Program-made: the position numbers and the translations under genes
The notes under the pieces: model-generated
What the model was told of the DNA's origin: nothing
Databases searched by the model: none
What the model saw: only the letters and a program-made list of their open reading frames with translations
Source: a virus
Direction: 5' to 3' (one strand)
UHGV virus genome: UHGV-0384622
DNA: 43,937 nt
Shown here: positions 8,551-18,475 of the stretch, in pieces
How the letters are laid out: every line of letters starts with the position of its first letter
Position numbering within the stretch: position 1 is the first letter of the stretch

Positions 8551-8743
8551 TGCCGTCCCCTTCCATGCTATCTTTATTTTTTATTCTTCCAGTATCAATG
8601 ATGTTGGCCGCAATCGAGATAAGCTTTGCATTTTCAAATCCAGATACTTGTATGGAGTTGATGCAGTCTGCTAACTTACGCACATCCTCATATTTGAACA
8701 CTACTATCTTGTCCATCATTCTCCCAACCTTTCCAATATGCAT
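8537..8743 (-). CDS. small hypothetical protein (overlaps both neighbours)
   Basis: 68 aa ORF; probable start MMDKIVVFKYED. Confidence 0.3.
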   Translation of the reverse strand: MHIGKVGRMMDKIVVFKYEDVRKLADCINSIQVSGFENAKLISIAANIIDTGRIKNKDSMEGDGNETG

Positions 8744-10656
8744 TGAACAGCTCCGGTCAGCAATGCAATATAATTATTGTATTCTATACCATACCTTTCA
8801 TGTTCCGAAAGATAGCTTACAAGTTGATAATCAAGGTTCATTTCATCTGATATTTCTTTGACATCTTGGGCAATGAACCCCGTCCCCCTAATTCCATTGT
8901 TAATCAACGTGTAAGCGACAGGTTTCAACCTTTTTATTACTTCAATACATGTATCTGGGGGCATGTCCTGTATATCCCGCTTTTCTCTCCTGTCTGATAT
9001 TTCTACCCATCCACCTCCATATACAATTCCGGTACAATATATGCTCCGGGTGTTTATCTCTTCAAGCGAACCTATGCTTGCCTCTATTTCTCCATTACAA
9101 TTGATTCCATTTTCAGCGTATATAATGCCTGTAGCATTCAATGTAGCTGCTGTGATTTTTGCATTTTTGGCTTCCACAATTCCACCAGAAGAAACAGTGA
9201 AATTACCATTTCCTATATTTATACTCCCACCAACAATTGACGCACCGGACACAGTACCCGAAAAAGTAGCATTTCCACCACTATCAACAGTCATATTTTT
9301 AGCATTGATTGTAAAATGTCCTGTTGTAAGTTCGATGGCATTTCCTGTCACCTTTAATTCGGAGTTTATTTGTGATGTAACATCTCCCTTTTTCACCATA
9401 AGCAAAATTTCCTGGGCTGTTTGTGTGAATTTTGATGTAGTTTCCCGTTCAAGATCGGTCAATTCATTTGATACTTCCTCAACCGTGCGCTTTAATATGG
9501 CGGAAAGCCCTTTCACTTGAATGATTTCGCTTTCTATGTTAAACTTTCTTTCGAGTTCTTGACTTCCTGTGCTAGAAAAATCATCCATTGAACCCTGTAT
9601 GCCTGTCAAATCTCGCTTCATGACAATGGTATTTACAGTTCCATCCGAAGTCAATATCTTAATTCTGTCCCCTACTTCAATCCATGGTGAACCATTTGTT
9701 GATATTTCTGCCGGACAATAAGATATGCCGCTTATCACAGATTTTATGTTATTGGCAATAGCAATCATTTGGGATGTATTTTTCCCATATACAAGTGGAT
9801 TCCCTTCAATGATATAGATATTATTTCCATCACCTTCACTGGTTCCACCTATATCCCCCTCTTCTTGCTGTATTTTTACCGTATCAATATCTGGCACATT
9901 ATATTCTTCACTCTCAACGGTCTTATATACCATAATTTCTATACTTATATCATCTGTCTTTGGTACAGAAACATATCGTAGTTCACCATTTTTAGTAATA
10001 TTTCCAAATGTGCCGTTGATTTGGCATATATACTTTAATACATCCCTCCCATTAAGTGATGATGGTTCAAGTGTCTTTTCCACTTCCATATCATCATTTA
10101 TTAATTCCGTGTTTTCTACTTCATTTACTCCAACAAACTCACACAAAGAATTTCTAAATGCTTTTAATGTCATCGGAAAGGACAAAAGATTATACCACCC
10201 CGATACATCCGCATCAAAGCGTTTCATACGGTCATATGCAATGATTTTTCTGGTGTCCTTATCTTCCTGCTTGGGTGTGGAATCAACCGTAAAAAGCCCC
10301 AATGTAAGTTCATATTCTCCGAGCTGTTCAGATACAAGGAATTCTTTGCCCGCAATATTTTTTGACAATCCTGACACAACAATTTCAAACTGAGAGCATT
10401 CACATGCACCAAAGTTTAAATCTTCATCCGAGCACAGACTTTCCGTGATCTTCATGCTATCAGACTGTATCATATCATCGGAAATGACGAAATCTATCGC
10501 ATCAGAATCCATTTCTGACGGATAAAGCTGTTCTGATGGAAATAATGTCTCTGATGGGTACAATGCTCTGTAATCGTCTTTATAAAACGTTAATTTAAGT
10601 CTTTTCCCACCATATGAATTATATAAATCCTTGAATTTCTGTTCTACATCTAACAT
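8716..10656 (-). CDS. tail-associated fiber/spike protein with C-terminal peptidase S74 intramolecular chaperone auto-processing domain
   Basis: 646 aa; C-terminal ISDRREKRDI...KPVAY...GFIAQDV...LDYQLVSYL...ALLTGAVQCILERL matches the endosialidase-type chaperone domain; lies 2 genes after the TMP. Confidence 0.7.
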   Translation of the reverse strand: MLDVEQKFKDLYNSYGGKRLKLTFYKDDYRALYPSETLFPSEQLYPSEMDSDAIDFVISDDMIQSDSMKITESLCSDEDLNFGACECSQFEIVVSGLSKNIAGKEFLVSEQLGEYELTLGLFTVDSTPKQEDKDTRKIIAYDRMKRFDADVSGWYNLLSFPMTLKAFRNSLCEFVGVNEVENTELINDDMEVEKTLEPSSLNGRDVLKYICQINGTFGNITKNGELRYVSVPKTDDISIEIMVYKTVESEEYNVPDIDTVKIQQEEGDIGGTSEGDGNNIYIIEGNPLVYGKNTSQMIAIANNIKSVISGISYCPAEISTNGSPWIEVGDRIKILTSDGTVNTIVMKRDLTGIQGSMDDFSSTGSQELERKFNIESEIIQVKGLSAILKRTVEEVSNELTDLERETTSKFTQTAQEILLMVKKGDVTSQINSELKVTGNAIELTTGHFTINAKNMTVDSGGNATFSGTVSGASIVGGSINIGNGNFTVSSGGIVEAKNAKITAATLNATGIIYAENGINCNGEIEASIGSLEEINTRSIYCTGIVYGGGWVEISDRREKRDIQDMPPDTCIEVIKRLKPVAYTLINNGIRGTGFIAQDVKEISDEMNLDYQLVSYLSEHERYGIEYNNYIALLTGAVQCILERLGE

Positions 10657-10670
10657 ATCAGCACCTACAC

Positions 10671-11093
10671 TTAATACTGAATCATTTCCAGGGTAAATGC
10701 CTCATATTGCATGTCACCTGTCTCATTGTCATATATATGGCTAACTGCATATTCCGTATCAGGAACATAAAAATCACCCGTTCCATACACACATGTATCC
10801 AAGTTCCAATATGTAACTGAATACTTACGCTGCGTTTCATCCAAAATTCCGTCCGCCTTTATGCTGTTCCAAAGGTCTTTTTCTCGCTGAGTCAGCGGTC
10901 GGATTTCTAGATTTAATGTCGTTTTATAATTGGGAGAGGTAACACGCTGAAGAGCCTCCGTGTTATCCCTCCATGCTTTTTTTTCAATTCTCTGGTCAGG
11001 AGTTGAGGCATAACGGGTAAGAAAAGAATTGGGAAGCTGATGGCTTCCAAACATAACTAGATATCCCCTGTAATCCTTCTGCATACCGCTCAC
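10671..11093 (-). CDS. putative distal tail protein (Dit-like, small)
   Basis: immediately downstream of the TMP; called by position only. Confidence 0.4.
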   Translation of the reverse strand: MSGMQKDYRGYLVMFGSHQLPNSFLTRYASTPDQRIEKKAWRDNTEALQRVTSPNYKTTLNLEIRPLTQREKDLWNSIKADGILDETQRKYSVTYWNLDTCVYGTGDFYVPDTEYAVSHIYDNETGDMQYEAFTLEMIQY

Positions 11094-11096
11094 TCC

Positions 11097-14000
11097 TTAC
11101 GCTAATAGTGGATTGCTCCCTGTTCTGTTCTTTTCCATTCGGTTCCTCTTGACTACAGTGTCATAAATAGCCTTTCCTTCCAAGTTTACTGTCAGATGGA
11201 TATCTCCGCCACCTATTCCTCCAAAGTCGCCCAGAGCTTCTTTTAATGCCTGTTTCATGGTTGATATTGGGGAAACTACTTCGGTTTCTCTCTTGTTGTC
11301 TCCCAGTATTGCGGCAAATTCTCCGGCTTTTGGAGGAATTACGGTACCACTTGCAAGTTGCGGGATTCTTGGAAGTGTGAATTCTTCCAGATTGAATCCA
11401 AGAGTCTCTCCGCCTACTTTAGGAACCCAATCTGGAATGTCAATTGATACCTTATTAATTCCTCTGATTACATAATTCAATCCATTTTCTATTGCGGATA
11501 TCATCTTATTAACCAAATTAATTATTAATTTTATTGGTGTTTTTATAAAGTCTGGCATTGCATCCCATATTCCCTTGAATACCTTTTTTATGCCCTCCCA
11601 AGCTTTTTCCCAATCTCCTGAGAACACTCCTGTTAAAAACTCTATAACCCCTCTTGCAGCAGTAATTAATCCGTTAAATCTTTCGCTGATTTCTTGAATT
11701 ACAGCAAAGAATAATTCTCCTATTTTCTCTAATACTGGCGCAAGAATTGGGTATACAACCGATGCAAACCAATTAAGTACAGGCTGAAACACATTTTCCC
11801 ACACAGCTTTTAATAAATCAGCCACATCGCCAATTAACCCTATTGCATTTTCAATCATAGGTTGTATTGTGCCTTCCCATACCTCTGTAAATTTTTTGGA
11901 TAATCTATCCAATACAGGAGCTATATGGGTGTTATATCCATCCAGTAATGTTCCAAGTATTTCACTAAATCCATCTCTAAGCGATTCAAACAGCGGCTTA
12001 ATATGTTCATCATACATTTGATTAAGTTCTTTGAAAGTCTTTTTCACACTGTCCGAAAGGGTGCCGAGAATTTCTTCGATTGGCTTTAACATATTTTCCA
12101 GGGCTTCTTTTATTTTATCCTTGTTTTCCGTGAAAGGAGTAAGGATTGTGTCCAGTACATCACGAAATAGTTTCCCGGAAAGTTCCGTTATTCCCATAAA
12201 AGCATTTGAAAATATGCTAATTATATCAGCGGTTATTTGCTTTGCGGTATCACTTCTAAACACTGTAAACACATCAGCCATTGCAACAGCAAAATTTGCC
12301 CGTATTGTACTAATTTCGCTAGTGATATCAAACATGGATATCAGATATTCTTTTATCCGTTCTTTATTCTGTTCAAGGAATTTTGAAAAACCGCCCAGTA
12401 GATTATCCGCAATAGTCAAACCCACAGATACAAACGAACCTGCTATTCTTCCAGCATCATATGCAAGGGTATTAAGCATATTATTGAATGCAGTTGTCAC
12501 CCCAGAATCCGTGGCTATTTCCATTAGGCTTGCCTTTATGCTGGATATACTGGATTTTATACTGTCAAAAACCGATGTGTCTCCCAATCCTACAGAAAAA
12601 CCCTGCTTGAATAAATTCGATAAATCAAGCCATTTTTGCTTTATTCTATCAAGTGATTGCGTAATTGAATTGTCTACAGGCACAGTCTCAAACATTTCCT
12701 CTGGTGATAAGTCTCCGCCGCTTCCACCACCACCTTTGCTTGAAGTATCCTGCGCAACATTAAGTTTGTCGAACGATGCTAAAGCCCCTTCTGCTTCCTC
12801 CGCTGCTCCCCCTGTCTTTTCAAGACTTTCAGCGTAGTCCTGCTGTACTTTTGTAGCTTTTACAAAACTATTTTTTCCGGTTAGTGCAGAAATCAACTGC
12901 GCTACTGCTGTTGCTACCGAAGTCAATAATCCAATAAGATAATTAAGTGCCGGCGCAACTACTGTAAGGATGGGTGAAAATGCTGTGGCAAATGCATTTT
13001 TAAGTTGCGTAAGAGATGACATAAGGCTGGATAGTGTGGAATTGGTTTCGCCGGAATATTGAGCCAGATTGTCCATCCCTTCTTTCATGGCTCCCATAAT
13101 AGAATACAATCCCTGGAATACCACTCCCATCAATAGGCCAGTTCCCATCATTCTTAACAGCCCTGACCTACCTTTGTTTGATGATTTTGTAGTGTCCTTA
13201 ACAGATTTATTGAAGTTATTCTGGGCATCCTCAGTCTTTACCAGATTATTTCTGTATTCATCAAGTTCACCTTTTAAGCGGTTGATTTCTTTTATATTCT
13301 GGTCATATTCCGTATTTCCAAGCCCTACACCAGCTTTTTCAAGGTCTTTTTGCCTATTCGTTAATGCTTCAAGTTCCTGGCGCATCATTACTATTTTAGG
13401 TGTCGATACCTGGGCATTATCACCAATGTCCTTTAATCTTTGAGCCTCCGCAGCCGCAGCCGATTCCTTTTGTTTTGTCTCCTCCAACTTTTGATTAAGC
13501 TGAGCTTGTCTTTCGGCCTGTTTCCTAGCTGTTTCAGCTTCTTTCTCTCGCTGCGCATCCGTCTTAAACAGTTCATTCTTATATTCCGCAAGGGCTTGCT
13601 CTGCTCGTTTTAACGATTGAGCGGTAGAATCAAATTCACTATCACCAAACCCTTTACCCTGATTCCTCAACCCTTCAAGCTTTGCCTTGAGCAGATTAAT
13701 TTGTCCTTCCATTGTTGAGGTGTCAACCACCATTGGCAACTGAATGGGTTCTTCTTTTTTTGTGAGATTTTTTTTATATTCTTTTAGTTCTTCCTGAACT
13801 TTTATAAGACTTTTATATGCGGAATCAAACGTTTCGTCTCCAAACCCTTTACCCTGTTCCCGAAGTTTCACCAATTTATTTGACAAACGCTCTATTTGTC
13901 CTTCTAAAGACGAACTATCAAAAGACATTGCATCAGGTGTTGGACTCACCAGTTCTTTCTTGTAGTCCTTTAAGGCTTGTTGTACTTTCTGCAATTGTAG

Positions 14001-14282
14001 ATATGTATTATCATAATCCTCATCACCAAAATACAATCCTTTGCTTTCCATACTTTTAAGCTGTTTTTTTAGTGATTCTATTTGTTTCCGAAACTCATTG
14101 GTTGATGCAGTGGATTGGTTAAGACCCTTTTCATAATCATCAATAAATTTGAGAATCTCCTTATTAGCATTTTTTAGTGCTAATGCCATTCGATCCACAC
14201 CGTCTTGTATGTCTTTCGCTCCAGCAGTAATTCCATCGGAGTTAATTTTTGTGTCAATGATTATACTTCCATCGGCCGCCAT
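11097..14282 (-). CDS. tail tape measure protein
   Basis: 1061 aa; coiled-coil N-terminal part with three ~57-aa repeats (GKGFGD..FDS...L...Q.L.EYK..L); hydrophobic central segments; GGG-rich linker. Confidence 0.9.
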   Translation of the reverse strand: MAADGSIIIDTKINSDGITAGAKDIQDGVDRMALALKNANKEILKFIDDYEKGLNQSTASTNEFRKQIESLKKQLKSMESKGLYFGDEDYDNTYLQLQKVQQALKDYKKELVSPTPDAMSFDSSSLEGQIERLSNKLVKLREQGKGFGDETFDSAYKSLIKVQEELKEYKKNLTKKEEPIQLPMVVDTSTMEGQINLLKAKLEGLRNQGKGFGDSEFDSTAQSLKRAEQALAEYKNELFKTDAQREKEAETARKQAERQAQLNQKLEETKQKESAAAAEAQRLKDIGDNAQVSTPKIVMMRQELEALTNRQKDLEKAGVGLGNTEYDQNIKEINRLKGELDEYRNNLVKTEDAQNNFNKSVKDTTKSSNKGRSGLLRMMGTGLLMGVVFQGLYSIMGAMKEGMDNLAQYSGETNSTLSSLMSSLTQLKNAFATAFSPILTVVAPALNYLIGLLTSVATAVAQLISALTGKNSFVKATKVQQDYAESLEKTGGAAEEAEGALASFDKLNVAQDTSSKGGGGSGGDLSPEEMFETVPVDNSITQSLDRIKQKWLDLSNLFKQGFSVGLGDTSVFDSIKSSISSIKASLMEIATDSGVTTAFNNMLNTLAYDAGRIAGSFVSVGLTIADNLLGGFSKFLEQNKERIKEYLISMFDITSEISTIRANFAVAMADVFTVFRSDTAKQITADIISIFSNAFMGITELSGKLFRDVLDTILTPFTENKDKIKEALENMLKPIEEILGTLSDSVKKTFKELNQMYDEHIKPLFESLRDGFSEILGTLLDGYNTHIAPVLDRLSKKFTEVWEGTIQPMIENAIGLIGDVADLLKAVWENVFQPVLNWFASVVYPILAPVLEKIGELFFAVIQEISERFNGLITAARGVIEFLTGVFSGDWEKAWEGIKKVFKGIWDAMPDFIKTPIKLIINLVNKMISAIENGLNYVIRGINKVSIDIPDWVPKVGGETLGFNLEEFTLPRIPQLASGTVIPPKAGEFAAILGDNKRETEVVSPISTMKQALKEALGDFGGIGGGDIHLTVNLEGKAIYDTVVKRNRMEKNRTGSNPLLA

Positions 14283-14294
14283 TCCATCACCGCC

Positions 14295-14849
14295 TTATAG
14301 CCATTTTTCGATACTGTTAATTTCTTTTTGTTGTTTCTCGCTGTATATCTTCTTAAGCTTTACCAATTCTGGATTGCTTCGTTCAAATTCCTTTTCCCAC
14401 TTTTCTAGTTTTTTTCCTCTGGCTCGTTTCTGCCGGATTGCCCACACCTGAGATACAAGTCCATCTCCAATTTCCATGAAATACCCCATGAATGTCCACC
14501 AGTGCAGGTATGGCACAGACCTTACCTCCATCCCAGCAATCTTATTGACTGCCGGGATAATAATGGGAGCATCCTGTTCCCAGTCCATGGTTTTAGGCTG
14601 TGGTTTGCCAGGAGGCAGATTGTAATCAATGAAATCAACTGCCTTTTGGCACGCCTCCGACTTAGCTTCTGGAGGAATGTCTTGATAGTTCGGGTACATG
14701 ATTCGGAACATTATTTCCTGTTTTTCCCAGTCATTGAGTTCCGGGTCAGACATATCAATCAAAATATCAATAATCACTCTAAAATCGCTTTCAATCGCAT
14801 AGTCTTTTCCTGCAACCTTAAGTGACTTAGGCAAATCGTATGTATTCAT
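14295..14849 (-). CDS. tail assembly chaperone (Gp15-like)
   Basis: position between the major tail and TMP genes; 184 aa; overlaps the upstream gene by 4 nt. Confidence 0.55.
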   Translation of the reverse strand: MNTYDLPKSLKVAGKDYAIESDFRVIIDILIDMSDPELNDWEKQEIMFRIMYPNYQDIPPEAKSEACQKAVDFIDYNLPPGKPQPKTMDWEQDAPIIIPAVNKIAGMEVRSVPYLHWWTFMGYFMEIGDGLVSQVWAIRQKRARGKKLEKWEKEFERSNPELVKLKKIYSEKQQKEINSIEKWL

Positions 14850-15247
14850 CGGCCATATTTTTCGGTATATTTCTTAATCCGGGCTTCACTTTTCTTAATT
14901 CTGGTTTTCATTTCAGATTCAATAAACTTAACCAATGTATCAAGCACATATTCCATATGGAAGGTTCCGTCCGAACGCGGGGAAAGTGGGTTGCAATGCT
15001 TGAATAATTCTTCTGAGGCGTTATCTGAGCCAAGAAGATAGTTAAATTGCTTCTTAATTTCATCAGATATAGCAAAGAAATCTGCTTCTTTATCAACATC
15101 TATATCATTGAAATAGTTGAGTACATTCTCACAACGCTTGGCAATATCTAAATCAGATGGATTCCACCAAAATCCACCCGTCACTTCCTTTCCCGAATTT
15201 ACAATCTCAATCCATTCCCTGTCATTAAGGGTAATCTGTCTTGACAT
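14846..15247 (-). CDS. tail assembly chaperone (first of pair)
   Basis: position; 133 aa. Confidence 0.5.
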   Translation of the reverse strand: MSRQITLNDREWIEIVNSGKEVTGGFWWNPSDLDIAKRCENVLNYFNDIDVDKEADFFAISDEIKKQFNYLLGSDNASEELFKHCNPLSPRSDGTFHMEYVLDTLVKFIESEMKTRIKKSEARIKKYTEKYGR

Positions 15248-15257
15248 AATTCCTCCA

Positions 15258-15782
15258 TTAATCGCTCAGACTACCACTAGGGGCCGTGGTAAACTTCTTT
15301 GTTTCAACATCCCATGTGCCTTTAATGCGATTTCCAGCTTTATATACTGTAAATGGTGTCTGAATGCCGGATGTATCACCGCCTACACTATTGGGGATAA
15401 CATATACATCTTCACGGTATGCCCATACCACTGTTGGCGCTGTTTCTTCGTCTGCTCCAGGCTTAAGAAGTACATCCACCATAGATGTTTTGCATTTATC
15501 TCCGGTCGCCCTGGTATTGGCCAGTTCCATAATCTTGTTTGACAAGGCATCATCATAGTTTTCGTAATAGTAAGGGTCTACATCGGACTGCACTTCATAT
15601 CCACTATGCTGTACAGACTGTTCCCCAAGAATATTTTTTGTCACCTCAACATCTGGGTTCAATTCTTCATTGTATTCTTCCAGATTCTTTCCCAGCCTTG
15701 CATATTCTGTTTTTGCGTATGTAACATCAAAAGCAGCATCTAAATAATGTGCCAGGTATTTGCGTTCAACCATTATTTGTCT
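15258..15782 (-). CDS. major tail protein
   Basis: ATG at 15782 with AGGAGA RBS; size, and position upstream of the chaperone pair. Confidence 0.6.
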   Translation of the reverse strand, partial: RQIMVERKYLAHYLDAAFDVTYAKTEYARLGKNLEEYNEELNPDVEVTKNILGEQSVQHSGYEVQSDVDPYYYENYDDALSNKIMELANTRATGDKCKTSMVDVLLKPGADEETAPTVVWAYREDVYVIPNSVGGDTSGIQTPFTVYKAGNRIKGTWDVETKKFTTAPSGSLSD

Positions 15783-15793
15783 CCTTTCATGAT

Positions 15794-15842
15794 AAAAAAA
15801 TAGAGCCATAGCTTAAGGCTCTGCGTCTTAGCGTCTGGCTCT
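15794..15842 (-). promoter_or_regulatory. conserved structured element E1: AGAGCC hairpin with GCGTCTnnGCGTCT direct repeats and a U-tract (terminator/attenuator-like), overlapping the stop of the upstream gene
   Basis: AGAGCC(15802-15807)-9 nt loop-GGCTCT(15817-15822); GCGTCTTAGCGTCTGGCTCT follows; A7 at 15794-15800 (U-tract when read on the - strand); the stop TAG of the 15841.. gene lies within it; paralogous to E2 at 20167. Confidence 0.5.
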
Positions 15843-16368
15843 ACCATCTTTCAAATTCATTTTTATATTCAACCGACACCGGAAGTATCCAATCCTGCAC
15901 GCCACCGTCCTGCGGTTCAAGTCCGTAAGAATTATCTCTGGTTAATTTGGTTATTTTTCTTCCTTCCGACAATTCTGGATAAGCATTCAGCCGGTATAAA
16001 ACACCATTAATCTCAACTGGTTCTTTACACAACCATTTTCCAAATGTATCAAGAAATTCCTGTGTGTTAATTTTGGGCTTTTCCTTAGTTGCTGCAATAC
16101 GGTACACAATATAAAATGGATATTGGCACGTCTGATGAACAAATCCTAATATATCCTCTGTTTCAGAAAATACCAATGCTCCATTATCCGCAGAAAAAGC
16201 AATCCCACTGGTATCCTCCAATTGCTCAAATCGTACAATATCATATGGAGACTGCTGATGGTCTAACCCTGGAAATTGATTAAGCAACGCCTTTACCGCG
16301 GTCGTTAATACATCATAACCGCTTGCATCTTTCCCGATTGGTTTTCGTTCATCATCCACGTTTTCCAC
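15841..16368 (-). CDS. hypothetical structural protein (neck/tail completion by position)
   Basis: position between the connector proteins and the major tail protein. Confidence 0.4.
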   Translation of the reverse strand: MENVDDERKPIGKDASGYDVLTTAVKALLNQFPGLDHQQSPYDIVRFEQLEDTSGIAFSADNGALVFSETEDILGFVHQTCQYPFYIVYRIAATKEKPKINTQEFLDTFGKWLCKEPVEINGVLYRLNAYPELSEGRKITKLTRDNSYGLEPQDGGVQDWILPVSVEYKNEFERW

Positions 16369-16864
16369 CTCCAGCAGTTTTCTTGGCTTGCTTTATCCAT
16401 GATTTACCATCTGCTTTTTTGGCTGCATCAAACCATTTAGCCTGTGCCTTAGGATGCGCTGTTTTGGTATATTGTAAATCCTCTTTTGCTTTGGTTTTAC
16501 CTCCATATTGGCTTACTAATACCTTTTTAGTACCCTTTGTAGCCCAGGTACTACCAGTAACAGCGCTAACCATAGTTTTACCCTGATATAAAAAACGACC
16601 AGCAGGGCCATAAGCGGCATATACTTTTCCGCCCCCTTGTACTGCGGCGCTCGCTGCTCTGGTAACATCCACAAAATCGCCTGTAATCATAGGCATAAAA
16701 GGGACCATACTATTCATGACATTTCCGTCAAGCTGATACTGCGCGCGCTGGAATTGCTTATCAAACCGGGTTAAATTAATCTTGATTTTGATATCCGCAT
16801 CAACAACAGAGAATCCTTTAAAATGTGTTGTTTTACTTGCCATATTATTTCCCCAATATCTCAA
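16352..16864 (-). CDS. hypothetical structural protein (head-tail joining region; likely start MASKTT)
   Basis: position; Lys/Ala-rich C-terminus. Confidence 0.4.
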   Translation of the reverse strand: MRYWGNNMASKTTHFKGFSVVDADIKIKINLTRFDKQFQRAQYQLDGNVMNSMVPFMPMITGDFVDVTRAASAAVQGGGKVYAAYGPAGRFLYQGKTMVSAVTGSTWATKGTKKVLVSQYGGKTKAKEDLQYTKTAHPKAQAKWFDAAKKADGKSWIKQAKKTAGGGKRG

Positions 16865-17312
16865 AGTGAGGAATCACAGAGTATGGACCTCCAACAGAGG
16901 ATACCAAATATACAAAGTCATACCGGTTGTTCATATAGGCATAAAAACCGTCACGATAATCTTCATCATTTACCGGACCACTATCCCATACTCCTTCCCA
17001 AAAAAAGCAATCGTCTGAAAAATCGAATGTAATGGTATCGTCCAACAAATCATTTACCTGTCTCCTCCACTCCTTCGGAGGGAGCCAGGGCAATACTTTG
17101 CCATCAGCATCACGGATTATCTGTTTACCGTCTTGTAACTCGTAGACTATGTGTAACTCTGCATTATCTGTGCTATCTGGTCCATACTTTTTTAGTATTG
17201 CGCCTTTGTCAGTATTAAGGTCAACACCAGATAATACATGGGGATACCAAAGTCCAACGCCAGTTGTGGATGATTCATAATAGTTAAAAACAGTCACCGT
17301 GGCATTGTACAT
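16845..17312 (-). CDS. hypothetical structural protein (minor capsid / head closure by position)
   Basis: position. Confidence 0.35.
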   Translation of the reverse strand: MYNATVTVFNYYESSTTGVGLWYPHVLSGVDLNTDKGAILKKYGPDSTDNAELHIVYELQDGKQIIRDADGKVLPWLPPKEWRRQVNDLLDDTITFDFSDDCFFWEGVWDSGPVNDEDYRDGFYAYMNNRYDFVYLVSSVGGPYSVIPHFEILGK

Positions 17313-17327
17313 AAGGTATCCCCTCCA

Positions 17328-17594
17328 TTATTTATTCATCTGCTTATACATCTGGTTAACCCCTGTAGCCGCCAGGCCAGATACCGCACCAACCGCTACA
17401 GCCGTGATATAGTCCGATGCCGGGAAATCTGGGATTGTCCCCATACCAAGCGCGCCCAGAATGCCACCCACAACAGCCATAATGACCGGAATCCATTCAT
17501 CCGGTATCTTCTTTGCGGCCTTGCATCCAAGGCCAACCACATAGCTCAAAGCCACAATAGCCACACATGTTCCCAATGTCGTAATATCCATCAC
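17328..17594 (-). CDS. holin-like small membrane protein (Phage_holin_4_1-like), in an atypical position
   Basis: 88 aa; 2-3 TM; C-terminal SGLAATGVNQMYKQ reminiscent of the lactococcal-phage holin family. Confidence 0.4.
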   Translation of the reverse strand: MMDITTLGTCVAIVALSYVVGLGCKAAKKIPDEWIPVIMAVVGGILGALGMGTIPDFPASDYITAVAVGAVSGLAATGVNQMYKQMNK

Positions 17595-17908
17595 CCTGTT
17601 ACCTCCTCATAAGTTTTCATAAAAATGTCTGGCTTACAGGGATACAGTTCTCCGTTTACACCACGAATGACATAATCACCAACAGAAACGTGGTGAACAC
17701 CTTCGAGTGTGGAAATATACAATTCTGGTCCATCATAATACATCACCGGATGTTCTCCCTCAAATGAATACACTGCCCATTCCGGTACATAATATTTTCC
17801 ATCAGAACTTTTTAAATCTCCATCGTATTGAAATGCCTCGATTACTACAGGTTTCTTTCTGTACCTCATAATAGTCCTTTCTGTTATGTTCACACTACAA
17901 TCCTGCAA
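17591..17908 (-). CDS. hypothetical protein
   Basis: ORF in the structural operon; likely start MRYRKKP. Confidence 0.35.
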   Translation of the reverse strand: MQDCSVNITERTIMRYRKKPVVIEAFQYDGDLKSSDGKYYVPEWAVYSFEGEHPVMYYDGPELYISTLEGVHHVSVGDYVIRGVNGELYPCKPDIFMKTYEEVTG

Positions 17909-18392
17909 ACAAAAGCGGTGTCCCTTTGCTATCTCTTACTCCCATCAGATACACCTTTACAGTATCATACAGAAGTTTATTGGTTGCCTGTTCATCCCCT
18001 GCCGCAGAGTATACAGTACTCCAGGCTTTAGCTCCGTTAGCTATTTCAGACGGGGATGCATAGCTGATTGATTCGGAACCGGAATTGCGAGAAATAATAA
18101 TTCCAGAAGATTTTCCATTGATATCTGTCTTAGAATCACTTCCAGCGGCGGCAGATAGCGCCTGTTTTTCTGCCAGTTCCAAACCATACAGCTTATCAGC
18201 TAAGGCACATACGGCTTTCTTGATTTTGGTTTGCGCTCGTTCATTGTCTGGGAGGCCATAAACCAACCTATCTCTAGTTACAATGTCAAGAAAGTCGCTT
18301 GCCCGTTCTGCTTCTTTATCAAATGATTGAGAATCCGGTATGGCGCTGCCGTAGTATTTTGTTGTGTAAAACTCATAATCAGCATAGGCCAT
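17895..18392 (-). CDS. head-tail connector / DNA packaging protein (gp6-like)
   Basis: position directly after the major capsid gene; 165 aa. Confidence 0.45.
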   Translation of the reverse strand: MAYADYEFYTTKYYGSAIPDSQSFDKEAERASDFLDIVTRDRLVYGLPDNERAQTKIKKAVCALADKLYGLELAEKQALSAAAGSDSKTDINGKSSGIIISRNSGSESISYASPSEIANGAKAWSTVYSAAGDEQATNKLLYDTVKVYLMGVRDSKGTPLLFAGL

Positions 18393-18475
18393 GCCGGTTC
18401 CTCCTTACTTACTTCGTGCTTTCTTACTCCCTGTCAGTTCTTCGCCGTCAGCGTCCAGGGATAAAGTGCTGGCGG

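Noticed and set aside
12031-12837. 268-aa + strand ORF, and similar ORFs at 13069..13443, 8963..9520, 10010..10393 and 5564..6118
   Set aside because: These are antisense to long, well-supported - strand genes (TMP, tail fiber, lysin). They are low-complexity Ser/Pro-rich with no RBS, so they are shadow ORFs.
13440-14110. Degenerate ~170-nt tandem repeats
   Set aside because: They encode the repeated coiled-coil segments of the tape measure protein, a normal TMP feature and not a DGR or VNTR.
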